The notes under the pieces are model-generated. The model saw only the letters and a program-made list of their open reading frames with translations, ran no database searches and had not been told where the DNA came from. Shown piece after piece: positions 29,489 to 38,972 of a DNA stretch of 59,597 nt. The DNA is from Osedax symbiont Rs2 (GTDB lineage: Bacteria; Pseudomonadota; Gammaproteobacteria; Pseudomonadales; Balneatricaceae). The stretch spans positions 1-59,597 of the forward strand of contig ASZI01000221.1 of NCBI GenBank assembly GCA_000416315.1. Direction: 5' to 3'. Position 1 is the stretch's first letter; the number at the start of each line of letters is the position of its first letter. The position numbers and the translations under genes are program-made.

Positions 29489-30991
29489 TTGTTTAATAAA
29501 ACCCTCTCTATAATAGGTAAAAACTTGGATCATTTTTTTCGCGCTATTTACCTTTCTGGCCTGTTTTTGAGTACGGCTAATGTGATTGCTGCAGTGCCAG
29601 AGCTGCCGACAGATTTTAGCCGAGCACAGCCAATGGAACAGTTTTCGGGGGGGGCAAGTAGCAGTAACAACCGCGGCAGAAATTCTTTTTTACACCCCGC
29701 CACAAATTTGTCATTCGACAATAAGCTGAATTTTAAAATTGGCGAAAGCATCTTCGCCAAACTTTGGGTATTTTCGCCATCTTCTACTCAGGCAAGCGAT
29801 GGCCTGGGGCCTCTGCACAATGCGCGCTCTTGCATGGGCTGTCACATACGCGGCGGACGCGGTCATGTGCCCGAGGGAAACTGGCCGATAGATAATGCCA
29901 TTTCGATGTTGATGCGCCTCAGCATTGAGCCACAAAATGACCTGCAGCGAGCGCTGCTGGCCAGTGGCAGGCTGGCATTTATTACCGAGCCTACCTATGG
30001 CGCGCAAATACAAGACTTTGCCTTGCAGGGAATGCCTGCTGAGGGTCGAATCAACATCAGTTACACTGAGCAAACGTTAGCCTTGAGTGATGGTACTTTA
30101 GTCTCAATGCGCCAGCCAACCTATAGCCTTTCAGACTTGAGCTATGGGCCGCTGCATCCAGACAGCAAATTCTCGGTGCGCATCGCCAACCCGATGCTCG
30201 GTTTGGGCTTGTTAGAAGCTATCACCGAGCAGGATGTTTTGTCTCTGGCAGAGGCTCAGGAGCGCAGTGGACAAGGAATTAGCGGTCGGCCCAACCGAGT
30301 ATGGGAGCACAGCAGCCAATCGATAGTGTTGGGCCGGTTTGGCTGGAAGGCGGGAAGTCCGAGCCTCAATCAGCAAAATAGCGCCGCCTTCGCCACGGAT
30401 ATGGGGCTATCAACACCTTTGTTTAAAGATGCCTATCAGGGTGACTGCACTGCGGCCCAACAGCAGTGTCTGCAAGCTGTTGACGGGCGTTCGGCACACC
30501 TGGCAGATCTGGAGGTGGCGCCACAAATGTCGCAAATGCTGAACCTATTTGTCCGCAATATCGCCGTTCCCAAGCGTCGTAATGTCGAAAATCTCCAGGT
30601 ATTAGCTGGCAAAAAAATATTTTATGACAGCGGCTGCGCCAGTTGTCATCAACCCAGCTTTATCACTGGCAAGGACACCGCTGCAGAGCAGGCACAGCAG
30701 CTAATTTGGCCTTACACAGACTTGTTGCTGCACGATATGGGTGAGGCTCTGGCCGATCATCGACCGGAGTTTCAAGCTAGCGGCTCAGAGTGGCGCACCG
30801 CCCCGCTCTGGGGAATAGGAGCTACTGCAGCAGTCTCAGGTAAAACTGAGTTTTTGCACGATGGCCGCGCGCGCAGCTTGCTAGAGGCCATCCTCTGGCA
30901 CGGCGGAGAGGCTGCATCGAGCAGAGATAAAGTTATTAATATGCAGCGCAGTCAAAGGACGGCGCTAATGGCCTTTTTGGAGTCTTTATAG
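29489..30991 (+). CDS. Di-haem oxidoreductase family protein (DUF1111)
   Basis: Two CxxCH motifs (CMGCH, CASCH), DGLGPL, GRFGWKA, YTDLLLHDMG, WRTAPLWG, FLHDGRARS; start uncertain. Confidence 0.88.
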   Translation: MFNKTLSIIGKNLDHFFRAIYLSGLFLSTANVIAAVPELPTDFSRAQPMEQFSGGASSSNNRGRNSFLHPATNLSFDNKLNFKIGESIFAKLWVFSPSSTQASDGLGPLHNARSCMGCHIRGGRGHVPEGNWPIDNAISMLMRLSIEPQNDLQRALLASGRLAFITEPTYGAQIQDFALQGMPAEGRINISYTEQTLALSDGTLVSMRQPTYSLSDLSYGPLHPDSKFSVRIANPMLGLGLLEAITEQDVLSLAEAQERSGQGISGRPNRVWEHSSQSIVLGRFGWKAGSPSLNQQNSAAFATDMGLSTPLFKDAYQGDCTAAQQQCLQAVDGRSAHLADLEVAPQMSQMLNLFVRNIAVPKRRNVENLQVLAGKKIFYDSGCASCHQPSFITGKDTAAEQAQQLIWPYTDLLLHDMGEALADHRPEFQASGSEWRTAPLWGIGATAAVSGKTEFLHDGRARSLLEAILWHGGEAASSRDKVINMQRSQRTALMAFLESL

Positions 30992-32094
30992 TGAACATTG
31001 TATTATCGATTAACAAAGCGGCGAGTAGTACAGTGCTCTGCCTGCTGCTGTCTACTCAGCTGTATGCTCAGGGGCCAAGTGCCGCGCGCTGGCAGGCGTT
31101 TAATCAGTCGGCTATCGCCGAGCACATCGTACCTAAGTATCGACAGCTGGCCGCTCAGTCATCGCTGTTAACTCAGAGTATTGCTGGTTTCTGTGCTCAG
31201 CGTTCCGATGAATCCCTGCTCGCTGCAAAAACGCAATTTAAACAGACCCAGCAAGCCTGGCAGAAAATCCAGCATATACAATTCGGACCGGTAACAATGC
31301 TGATGCGCAACTTCAGTTTGCAATATTGGCCAGACAAAAAGAACCTCGGTAGCAGGCAGTTAAATGCTTTGCTTAAAGATGCGCTGCAATCTGATACGAG
31401 CAAGCGTTACGACAGTAGCTTCTTTATCAAAGCTTCGGTTGCAGTCAAAGGCTATCCAGCGCTGGAGCGAATGTTATTTGAGCAAAAATTAATTGACCAA
31501 TTGAACTCTAACCCCAGTTACTGCCCTCTCATGCAAGCAATTGCCGCTCATATCGGCGAGAACACACAAGCTATTGTCAGTGAATGGAAACTGGAGCTGG
31601 AAAACTACCGCGAATACGGTGAAGAGAGCAATTACCAGTCTTCTATGGAAGCTGCAACAGAGATTCTAAAGGCTTTAGTGGAGCCTGTTGAGGCGATCAG
31701 TGATGCTAAAATAGCTGTGCCGCTGGGCAGCGAGCTGCAAAAAATGCGCTGGCGTAAAAGCGAATCCTGGCGCAGTGGTCAATCGATAGAGAACCTGCGC
31801 AGCAATGTAGCTGCGCTGCAGCATTTATACTCGGGAATTGAAGTGGCCAGCGCCAGGGCGCTGTTGATCGAAAGCGGCGCAACCGAGCTGGCAGAGATAA
31901 TAGATCAGCAGTTTTCGGTGTTATTACTGCAGTTGCAAGGCGTTACTGAGCCGAGCAACATGCAATATCAGCAACAACAATTTAATCAGTTGCTGCAAGT
32001 GCAGCAGCAGTTAAAGCGCCTCAGTGATAATCTTCTGGCGGCGATGAAGCCGTTGCAGATAAACTTAGGATTCAACCGCAGAGACGGCGATTGA
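30991..32094 (+). CDS. Imelysin-family protein, second paralogue
   Basis: Signal peptide; QFGP, YWPDKKN, VKGYPALERMLF (no His), C-terminal LGFNRRDGD; start overlaps the previous stop. Confidence 0.82.
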   Translation: MNIVLSINKAASSTVLCLLLSTQLYAQGPSAARWQAFNQSAIAEHIVPKYRQLAAQSSLLTQSIAGFCAQRSDESLLAAKTQFKQTQQAWQKIQHIQFGPVTMLMRNFSLQYWPDKKNLGSRQLNALLKDALQSDTSKRYDSSFFIKASVAVKGYPALERMLFEQKLIDQLNSNPSYCPLMQAIAAHIGENTQAIVSEWKLELENYREYGEESNYQSSMEAATEILKALVEPVEAISDAKIAVPLGSELQKMRWRKSESWRSGQSIENLRSNVAALQHLYSGIEVASARALLIESGATELAEIIDQQFSVLLLQLQGVTEPSNMQYQQQQFNQLLQVQQQLKRLSDNLLAAMKPLQINLGFNRRDGD

Positions 32095-32230
32095 ACACGC
32101 AGGCAAACACTGGCTATAAGCATGTGGCGAAGAAAAAGCAATCCTCAAAGCGGGTATTGCCAGTTGAAATAATCCGTATATCGGTGTCGGTATTTGACAC
32201 AGCCGAGCATGGCTAAGCTGGAGAGAAAGG

Positions 32231-33322
32231 TTGCAACGCAGACAATTTAATGGCTATTTGAGCGCTTTGTTACTCGGGGCGGTACTGCCCCAGACAAGCC
32301 ATGCCAGTAGAGTTCAATACTATGCATCGGCCAGCGTCGATAAAAGTGGCCAGCACTGGCTAGTGGTTTTTGATCAGTTAGCCGTAGAGCAGCTACGCTA
32401 TGCTCTGCCAGCTAGGGCACATCAGGTGATTAAGCACCCCACAGAAAACTGCTTATTAGTGGTTGCCAGGCGCCCCGGACAGTACTTGTTGCTGATAGAT
32501 CTGCTAAGTGGCAAAAAAATTATGCAGTTGTCGCCCCGGGAGGGGCAGCACTTTTGTGGTCACTTGCAGATCAGTGCTGACGGTCGCTATCTGTATAGTA
32601 CTGAAAATATCAGCGCCAGCAGTCAAGGCCTAGTTGTTGTGCGCCAGTTAACGGGGCGCTACGACACTGTGGCGCAATTTTCCAGTGGTGGGATAGGTCC
32701 ACACCAACTCAAATTGAGCGACGCCGGCAGGCAGTTAATTGTAGCTAACGGTGGTATCCATACCCGCGACAGAGTGAAGTTGAATCTGCAGCAGATGCAG
32801 TCAAGTCTGGCCTACATAAATCTAGCCAGTGGTGAAATTGAACAACAGTTAGTGCTGGATAGAAAGTACTCACAATTGAGTATCCGGCACATAGATGTCA
32901 GCGCTGATGACTCAGTGTTAATTGCTATGCAGTATCAGGGAGAGCGTACTGCCCGCGTCCCGCTAGTAGCGACTCATAGTTACAAAGGCCAGCTTAGATT
33001 CCTGCAGATTCCCGATCCGCAATATTATCAGCTCAAGCATTACTGCGGCAGTGCCTGCTTTGACCGCTCGGGCAAGACAGTGGCAGTCTCTGCGCCTAAG
33101 GGCGATAAAATACTGTTTTGGGATTTTAAACAGGGCAGATATTTGGGCAGCGTAAAAGTACGTGATGGCTGCGGGTTGGTGGCGGGGTCTGAAGCTGACA
33201 GTTTTGTAGTCAGCAGCGGGCGGGGGCGGGCCTATAAAATAAACCCGCAGAGCCAGAAAAAAACGCAATTTTTGAACAGTGCGACTTTGCAGTGGGACAA
33301 TCATTTAGCCAGTGTCTATTAG
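32231..33322 (+). CDS. DUF1513 beta-propeller protein, probable Tat substrate
   Basis: Twin-arginine RRQF leader; ARRPG, HFCGH, GGIGPH, VANGGIHT, LSIRHI, WDNHL. Confidence 0.82.
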   Translation: MQRRQFNGYLSALLLGAVLPQTSHASRVQYYASASVDKSGQHWLVVFDQLAVEQLRYALPARAHQVIKHPTENCLLVVARRPGQYLLLIDLLSGKKIMQLSPREGQHFCGHLQISADGRYLYSTENISASSQGLVVVRQLTGRYDTVAQFSSGGIGPHQLKLSDAGRQLIVANGGIHTRDRVKLNLQQMQSSLAYINLASGEIEQQLVLDRKYSQLSIRHIDVSADDSVLIAMQYQGERTARVPLVATHSYKGQLRFLQIPDPQYYQLKHYCGSACFDRSGKTVAVSAPKGDKILFWDFKQGRYLGSVKVRDGCGLVAGSEADSFVVSSGRGRAYKINPQSQKKTQFLNSATLQWDNHLASVY

Positions 33323-33382
33323 CAGCTATGTAGTCCTGTGGTGTCGAATTATTGAATGAGTATAGCTGGGCAGCGCTGACCA

Positions 33383-34447
33383 CTAGCTCCCCAGGCAGTC
33401 GCTGAACTGACGACCGAAACTGCTGAGGAAGCTTGCATAACGGTTCTTCTCAGCTTTAGTGCCTATACCCAACGGGTCGAGCTGGCCAATTTTTATGTTT
33501 AAATTGCGCACAACACTCTGGATAGCTACTCCGGAGAATTGCGGCTCAGAGAAAATACAGCTTGGTTGTGAGTCGTTGATCAACTGGCGGATCTCAGCCA
33601 AGTGTTTGGCCCCCGGGCGCTTGCTCGGGTTTAGCGTTAATGCACCAATTTGATTGAGCTGGTAGTGCTCGACAAACCTGGAGTATGCATCGTGAAAGAC
33701 CAAAAAACCCACCCCTTTAAGCGAGCCAAACTGTTGTTTTAGCGTTCGATCTGCAGTCTCTACTGACTGGGCAAAATCCAGGTAATTAGAGGTCAGGCGC
33801 TGCTTGTGGGTCGGATATTGGGCCGCTACTACATCTCTTATGGTCGCTGCTATTTTCAGCGCCTGTTCCGGGCTGAGCCAGATATGTGGGTCTCTGCCCT
33901 GATATTGGTGCTGGTGTAATTGAATAGCATGCGGTTGATGTTGTTCTTCCTCAGTGTGATTATCCTCTTCATTTTGATGATCCTCCTCACTGTGGTTATG
34001 TGCTTCATCCTGATGATGATTCTGCTCAGAATGGGCTCTGCCGGCGATCTCTAGTAATTGATCGATGCCAGGTTGTTTTTTGGTGACTGATTTGATTAGC
34101 GCGGACAGCGCGTGGCTCTTGTTTGCATAGGCAGAAAAGGGCTTGCTCAGGAAAAGCTCTAGCTCGGGCCCGACCCAAAATATACTGCTGGCATTGTGGA
34201 TCCGCTTTACTTCTGAAGGGCGCAGTGAATATTGGTGTGGTGAAGCGCCAGGGGGCAGCAAGCTGACAGCTTCTATGATGCCCTCAGTGATGTCGGCTGC
34301 GATTAATTGCAGCGGTTTTATGCTGGTTAAGATAAAGCCGGATTCTTTATTGGCAGAGTCAGCGGCGAGTAGCGACTGACTGAAAGTAATAGAGGTTGCT
34401 AGGGCTAAGCTAAAGAGGAGTTTGTGTAGCTTGTCGCTGAATATCAT
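33383..34447 (-). CDS. znuA: Zinc ABC transporter substrate-binding protein
   Basis: SIKPLQLI, SPHQY, His/acidic loop, DPHIWL, FHDAY; ATG 34447 chosen because the longer ORF runs into the Zur box. Confidence 0.92.
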   Translation of the reverse strand: MIFSDKLHKLLFSLALATSITFSQSLLAADSANKESGFILTSIKPLQLIAADITEGIIEAVSLLPPGASPHQYSLRPSEVKRIHNASSIFWVGPELELFLSKPFSAYANKSHALSALIKSVTKKQPGIDQLLEIAGRAHSEQNHHQDEAHNHSEEDHQNEEDNHTEEEQHQPHAIQLHQHQYQGRDPHIWLSPEQALKIAATIRDVVAAQYPTHKQRLTSNYLDFAQSVETADRTLKQQFGSLKGVGFLVFHDAYSRFVEHYQLNQIGALTLNPSKRPGAKHLAEIRQLINDSQPSCIFSEPQFSGVAIQSVVRNLNIKIGQLDPLGIGTKAEKNRYASFLSSFGRQFSDCLGS

Positions 34448-34463
34448 TAGTACTGCCTGAAAT

Positions 34464-34486
34464 AAAAAGTTATAATATAACAATTA
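34464..34486. promoter_or_regulatory. Zur box between divergent znuA and zur-znuCB
   Basis: AAAAAGTTATAATATAACAATTA with the perfect GTTATA-N-TATAAC core of the gammaproteobacterial Zur consensus. Confidence 0.8.
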
Positions 34487-34527
34487 TCGCACTTCTCTTA
34501 TTTATCGGCAATATCTGCGAGGATATT

Positions 34528-35040
34528 TTGACATTTACTTTTCAAACTAAACACGATCACAGTAGCTGTATCAGTAAAGCATTAGCGGATGCGGCAATCA
34601 TCTGCAAAGAGCGCGGCCAGCGCTTTACTAAAATTCGGCAATTAGTTTTGGAGCTGGTCTGGCAATCCCATCGCCCGCTGGGGGCTTATGAGCTGCTGCC
34701 GGCGATCAAAGCGGCCGGTTTCAACTCGGCGCCCCCAACAGTCTATCGCGCCCTGGAGTTTCTACAAGAACAGGGGCTAGTGCATCGTATCTCCTCGTTA
34801 AATGCTTACATCGGCTGCTCTCACCCCGGACACCAGTGCAGTAGTTGTTTTCTGATCTGCGATCAATGTCAGCTGGCGGTGGAGTTGGAATCCGCTAAGC
34901 TAGCCACCGCCATTGCCGATCTGACCCGGGATATGGGGTTTGTGGTGCAGCGCGAGCATTTAGAAATAGTCGGGCAGTGCCCTAATTGTCAGTCTGGGAA
35001 AAACAGTACTAGTGAAAAGAGTAGCGGTGGCAGCATATGA
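34528..35040 (+). CDS. zur: Zinc uptake regulator (Fur family)
   Basis: HDHSSCI, PPTVYRALEFL, HRISSLNAY, two CxxC motifs; next to znuABC; TTG start with GAGG RBS. Confidence 0.9.
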   Translation: MTFTFQTKHDHSSCISKALADAAIICKERGQRFTKIRQLVLELVWQSHRPLGAYELLPAIKAAGFNSAPPTVYRALEFLQEQGLVHRISSLNAYIGCSHPGHQCSSCFLICDQCQLAVELESAKLATAIADLTRDMGFVVQREHLEIVGQCPNCQSGKNSTSEKSSGGSI

Positions 35041-35828
35041 ACACAGATATAGTCAGACTGGAGCAAGTGAATATTAGTTTTTCTGGCAAAGAAGTTGTGA
35101 AAAATGTCAGTTTCAATCTACATACAAATTGCATTACCACCTTAATTGGTCCCAACGGCGCCGGTAAAACCACTTTGGTCAAAACTGTTTTGGGACTGAT
35201 AAAGCCCGATAGCGGTAGTGTTTGGTTAAAAGAAGACCTGGTGATAGGTTATGTGCCGCAAAAGCTACACATAGACAGTACTTTCCCTTTAACGGTGCTG
35301 CGCTTTTTACAAATTTCCAGAGATTTGTCGGACACTGCAATCGCCGATGCGGTGGCTAGTGTCAATATCAGTAACTTGCTGCAGAGCTCAATCCACGGGT
35401 TATCGGGAGGTGAAATGCAACGGGTATTGCTGGCCAGGGCGCTGCTCGGGAATCCACAGTTACTGGTATTAGATGAGCCGGTACAAGGGGTGGATATCAA
35501 CGGCCAGATTGAACTCTATCAGTTGATCTCAGAAATTCGCAAACAGCGCGGTTGCTCAGTGCTAATGATCTCTCACGATTTGCACTTAGTGATGTCGGCC
35601 ACTGACCATGTGATTTGTATGAACCAGCATATCTGCTGTTCGGGACACCCGGAAAAAATCACCAGTGATCCCTCCTATATAGATTTGTTTGGTGCCGCAA
35701 GTGCCAAAACCATGGCTTTGTACGCTCATCATCACAATCACGATCACAATTTACACGGCGATGTCCTTCCAGCTTCCCCAAATGCTACGCTAACTAGCGA
35801 GCAACATCAGCAGGAGTGCAACCACTAA
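35037..35828 (+). CDS. znuC: Zinc ABC transporter ATP-binding protein
   Basis: GPNGAGKTT, LSGGEMQR, LVLDEP, ICCSGHPE, His-rich tail. Confidence 0.94.
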   Translation: MNTDIVRLEQVNISFSGKEVVKNVSFNLHTNCITTLIGPNGAGKTTLVKTVLGLIKPDSGSVWLKEDLVIGYVPQKLHIDSTFPLTVLRFLQISRDLSDTAIADAVASVNISNLLQSSIHGLSGGEMQRVLLARALLGNPQLLVLDEPVQGVDINGQIELYQLISEIRKQRGCSVLMISHDLHLVMSATDHVICMNQHICCSGHPEKITSDPSYIDLFGAASAKTMALYAHHHNHDHNLHGDVLPASPNATLTSEQHQQECNH

Positions 35829-35829
35829 C

Positions 35830-36624
35830 ATGTTTTACGATTTTTTACTCTATGCTTTATTAGGTGGTGTTGGGGTGGCATTAGTTGCAGGGCCTCTCGG
35901 CTCTTTTGTGGTCTGGCGAAGAATGTCTTATTTTGGTGATTCGCTGGCTCACTCCGCGCTGCTGGGTGTGGCGATAGGAATCTTTTTTGAGATTAACTTG
36001 AATATCGCCATTATTGTTTGCTGTTTGCTACTGGCGATATTGCTGGTGGCGATGCAAAAGCAACATTTTATCGCCACCGATACGCTGTTGGGCATTATGG
36101 CGCACAGCTCTCTGTCTCTGGGGCTAGTGACCATCTCATTTATAGAGGATGCCAGGATAGATTTGATGGCATTTTTATTTGGTGACTTGTTGGCAATCTT
36201 GCCAGAGGATCTGCTGTGGATATTGCTTGGCGGTGTATTAGTGCTGTCGCTGCTCTATTATTATTGGCCGCAGATGATCGCGATGACGATCAATGAAGAG
36301 TTGGCCGCAGTGGAGGGGGTGTCTGTGGCAAAGATGCGGCTGTTGCTGATGCTGATGATTGCCTTAGTGATTGCAGTGGCAATGAAAATTGTCGGTGTAT
36401 TACTGATCACTTCTCTGCTGATTATCCCCGCAGCCAGTGCCAGACCGCTTAGCAGGTCCCCGGAAAAAATGGCACTGTTGGCATCCCTGCTTGGCTGTGC
36501 AGCGGTGGTAATAGGTTTGCTGGCATCGTTTGAGTTCGATACACCGGCTGGCCCGTCGGTAGTGGTTGCCGCTATGGCAATCTTTATGAGTATCTATCTG
36601 TGGCCACGCAAGGCGTCACACTAG
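35830..36624 (+). CDS. znuB: Zinc ABC transporter permease
   Basis: GPLGSFVVWRRMSYFGDSLAH, LFGDLL, DTPAGPSVV. Confidence 0.95.
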   Translation: MFYDFLLYALLGGVGVALVAGPLGSFVVWRRMSYFGDSLAHSALLGVAIGIFFEINLNIAIIVCCLLLAILLVAMQKQHFIATDTLLGIMAHSSLSLGLVTISFIEDARIDLMAFLFGDLLAILPEDLLWILLGGVLVLSLLYYYWPQMIAMTINEELAAVEGVSVAKMRLLLMLMIALVIAVAMKIVGVLLITSLLIIPAASARPLSRSPEKMALLASLLGCAAVVIGLLASFEFDTPAGPSVVVAAMAIFMSIYLWPRKASH

Positions 36625-37970
36625 TGTTAATAGCGACCCAGCGCAGAGATTACAAATTGATTTGGCTGCTGTCTTGGCCGGTGATGTTATCTAACATATC
36701 GCAACCGTTATTGGGTTTAGTGGATATAGCGGTAATAGGGCATTTACCGGACAGCCGCTTTCTGGCGGCTGTGGCCATTGGCACTACCATTTTCTCTGTT
36801 GTCTACTGGTCGTTTGGCTTTTTGCGCATGGGTACTACAGGCATGATAGCGCAATTAGTCGGTGCGCAAGATGGCTCGGCCAACCGCACTGTATTGGCAC
36901 AATCTATAATCCTGGCGCTGGCAATAGCGCTGTTGCTGCTAATATTACAACGACCTATTATCGACGCGGCGATGTATTTACTGGCGCCGGATCAGCAGGT
37001 AATGCCGCAGGCGCAAGCTTACGCAAACATTCGTATTTTTGGCGCCCCCGCGGTGCTGTGTAATTATGTGCTGTTGGGCTGGTTCGTCGGTAACCAGAAT
37101 ACTAAAGTGCTACTTGTATTGTTAGTTGGCACTAACTTACTTAACATAGTGCTGGATGTTATCGCCGTTAATGTCTTGGGGATGCGCGCCGAAGGCTTAG
37201 CTTATGCCACAGTTATCTCTGAATATTTTGGGTTGGTTCTGGGCCTGTTCTACTGTCGTCAAATGTTGAGGAAAGTATCAGGGGAGATTGTCTATAGCGC
37301 CCTGACACAAATGAAACAGTACTATCCAATTATCAAAGTAAACCGCTATTTGTTTGTTCGTACTATTTTACTGCTGCTGGCGATGTCGTTTTTTACCGCA
37401 CAAGGAGCCAAGTTGGGCGCCGACACACTGGCGGCCAATGCGGTGTTAATGACCTTTGTAATGCTGATTTCTCATGTTCTGGATGGCTTTGCTCACGCTT
37501 TGGAGGCCCTAACCGGTAAAGCTATAGGTGGCGGGGATATGGGTAAGTTCTATCAGTTAGTCGGCGCCGCCGCAGTTTGTTCAGTGGCGGTCGCAATCTC
37601 TTTCAGCTTATTTTTCTATTTACTGGGCGATATCTTCATCCAGATGTTGACCTCGATTGAGGTGGTGCAAAAAATCGCCAGTGACTATCTGCCCTGGCTG
37701 GTGGTGATGCCACTGATTGCCGTGACTAGTTATTTGCTGGATGGCGTGTTTATTGGCGCGACTCAAGTGCAGTTGATGCAAAATGCGATGTTAATATCGG
37801 TGGCACTAGTGTATTTCCCGGTATGGTATCTGACTCAGACATATCTCAATCACGGGCTCTGGGTAGCACTACTGTCGTTGTATCTGGGCAGGGGAGTAAC
37901 CAGTTGCATTGGTTTCTATCGGCTGTCGAAAAATCGCCGTTGGTTGCTGCACGCTAACCAAGTGCATTAA
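36624..37970 (+). CDS. MATE family efflux transporter (DinF-like)
   Basis: LSNISQPLLGLVDIAVIGHL, FGFLRMGTTG, LDGVFIGA; probable GTG start overlapping the znuB stop (TAGTG). Confidence 0.88.
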   Translation: MLIATQRRDYKLIWLLSWPVMLSNISQPLLGLVDIAVIGHLPDSRFLAAVAIGTTIFSVVYWSFGFLRMGTTGMIAQLVGAQDGSANRTVLAQSIILALAIALLLLILQRPIIDAAMYLLAPDQQVMPQAQAYANIRIFGAPAVLCNYVLLGWFVGNQNTKVLLVLLVGTNLLNIVLDVIAVNVLGMRAEGLAYATVISEYFGLVLGLFYCRQMLRKVSGEIVYSALTQMKQYYPIIKVNRYLFVRTILLLLAMSFFTAQGAKLGADTLAANAVLMTFVMLISHVLDGFAHALEALTGKAIGGGDMGKFYQLVGAAAVCSVAVAISFSLFFYLLGDIFIQMLTSIEVVQKIASDYLPWLVVMPLIAVTSYLLDGVFIGATQVQLMQNAMLISVALVYFPVWYLTQTYLNHGLWVALLSLYLGRGVTSCIGFYRLSKNRRWLLHANQVH

Positions 37971-38073
37971 TGGGTTTATCTGCTTGCTCAGAGCAGCGCC
38001 AGCGCCGAGTCTGACAGGAACAGCGTGGCGAGAGCTAGAAACTAATAGCGAAACAGACAGCAGTCAACTATCG

Positions 38074-38670
38074 CTAAAGTGTAAAGGCGGCTCCAGCGGC
38101 CTGGCAATCGCCATAGCAGTGACAGCTGAGCTCGTGATCGTTAACTAAACCCATGGCCTGCATATAGGCGTACATAATAGTGGGGCCGACAAAACTCATG
38201 CCGCGTTTCTTCAGGTCTTTAGACAGAGCTTTAGATATATCTGTCTCGGCAGGCGCGTCGCGGGAGTCAGTCAATTGGCCCTGAATTGGTTGGTTGTCGA
38301 CAAAGGCCCACAAATATTTGGCGAAAGAGCCAAATTCCCCCTGAATAGCGATAAACACTTTGGCGTTCTTTATCGAGGAGTTTACTTTCAGCTTGTTGCG
38401 AATAATTGCTGGGTCCAGCAACATCTTTTCGACATACTCCCGATCAAAGCTTGCTACTGCCTGTACATCAAAGTCTTTGTAGTAGTGCCTGTAGCCCTCG
38501 CGCTTTTCCAGTACTGTACGCCAGCTAAGGCCTGCTTGAGCGGCTTCTAAGACTAAAAACTCAAACAGTTTAGTCTCGTTGCTGGTCGGCACTCCCCACT
38601 GTTGATCGTGGTAGCTTGCTTCTAAATCACTTTGCACTGCCCAGTTACAGCGCTGCACAGAGCTATCCAT
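38074..38670 (-). CDS. tag: DNA-3-methyladenine glycosylase I
   Basis: RCNWA, YHDQQWG, LEAAQAGLSW, IIRNKLK, FVGPT, VNDH..C. Confidence 0.95.
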   Translation of the reverse strand: MDSSVQRCNWAVQSDLEASYHDQQWGVPTSNETKLFEFLVLEAAQAGLSWRTVLEKREGYRHYYKDFDVQAVASFDREYVEKMLLDPAIIRNKLKVNSSIKNAKVFIAIQGEFGSFAKYLWAFVDNQPIQGQLTDSRDAPAETDISKALSKDLKKRGMSFVGPTIMYAYMQAMGLVNDHELSCHCYGDCQAAGAAFTL

Positions 38671-38972
38671 TATTTATCCTCATCATTGCTGTTGCTGTTG
38701 CTGTTGCTGTTAGGATTGGGGTCGAATTTTACCGGCTGTACTGTTACTGGGGCAATTTTGGCACCGCTAGCGTTAGTGGCCGAAGGTTGATTAACCCTAG
38801 TTTGCAGCTCCGAAACAGCTTCGGGGCTGCCGTCTAAGTTCTGTCCATCCCTGTAATCGCAGCGAACACACTCGCGATACTCGCGAATCTGGTTGCGATA
38901 CACGCGGATAGTATCCATTTGAGCACAGCGCGGGCATACAGCCCCCGCTACAAAGCGTTTGACGATGCCCAT
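38670..38972 (-). CDS. YheV-family putative zinc-ribbon protein
   Basis: KRFVAGAVCPRC...ECVRC; directly downstream of prlC. Confidence 0.85.
   Translation of the reverse strand: MGIVKRFVAGAVCPRCAQMDTIRVYRNQIREYRECVRCDYRDGQNLDGSPEAVSELQTRVNQPSATNASGAKIAPVTVQPVKFDPNPNSNSNSNSNDEDK
38686..38709. repeat. In-frame hexanucleotide microsatellite (TTGCTG)4
   Basis: Encodes the (Asn-Ser)n tail of the YheV-like protein. Confidence 0.85.

Noticed and set aside
34448-34483. N-terminal extension of znuA in the ORF track
   Set aside because: Overlaps the Zur box/promoter; ATG 34447 gives a normal signal peptide. Similar over-extensions were trimmed for def, rpiA, prlC, rsmD, DUF4212 and trmB.
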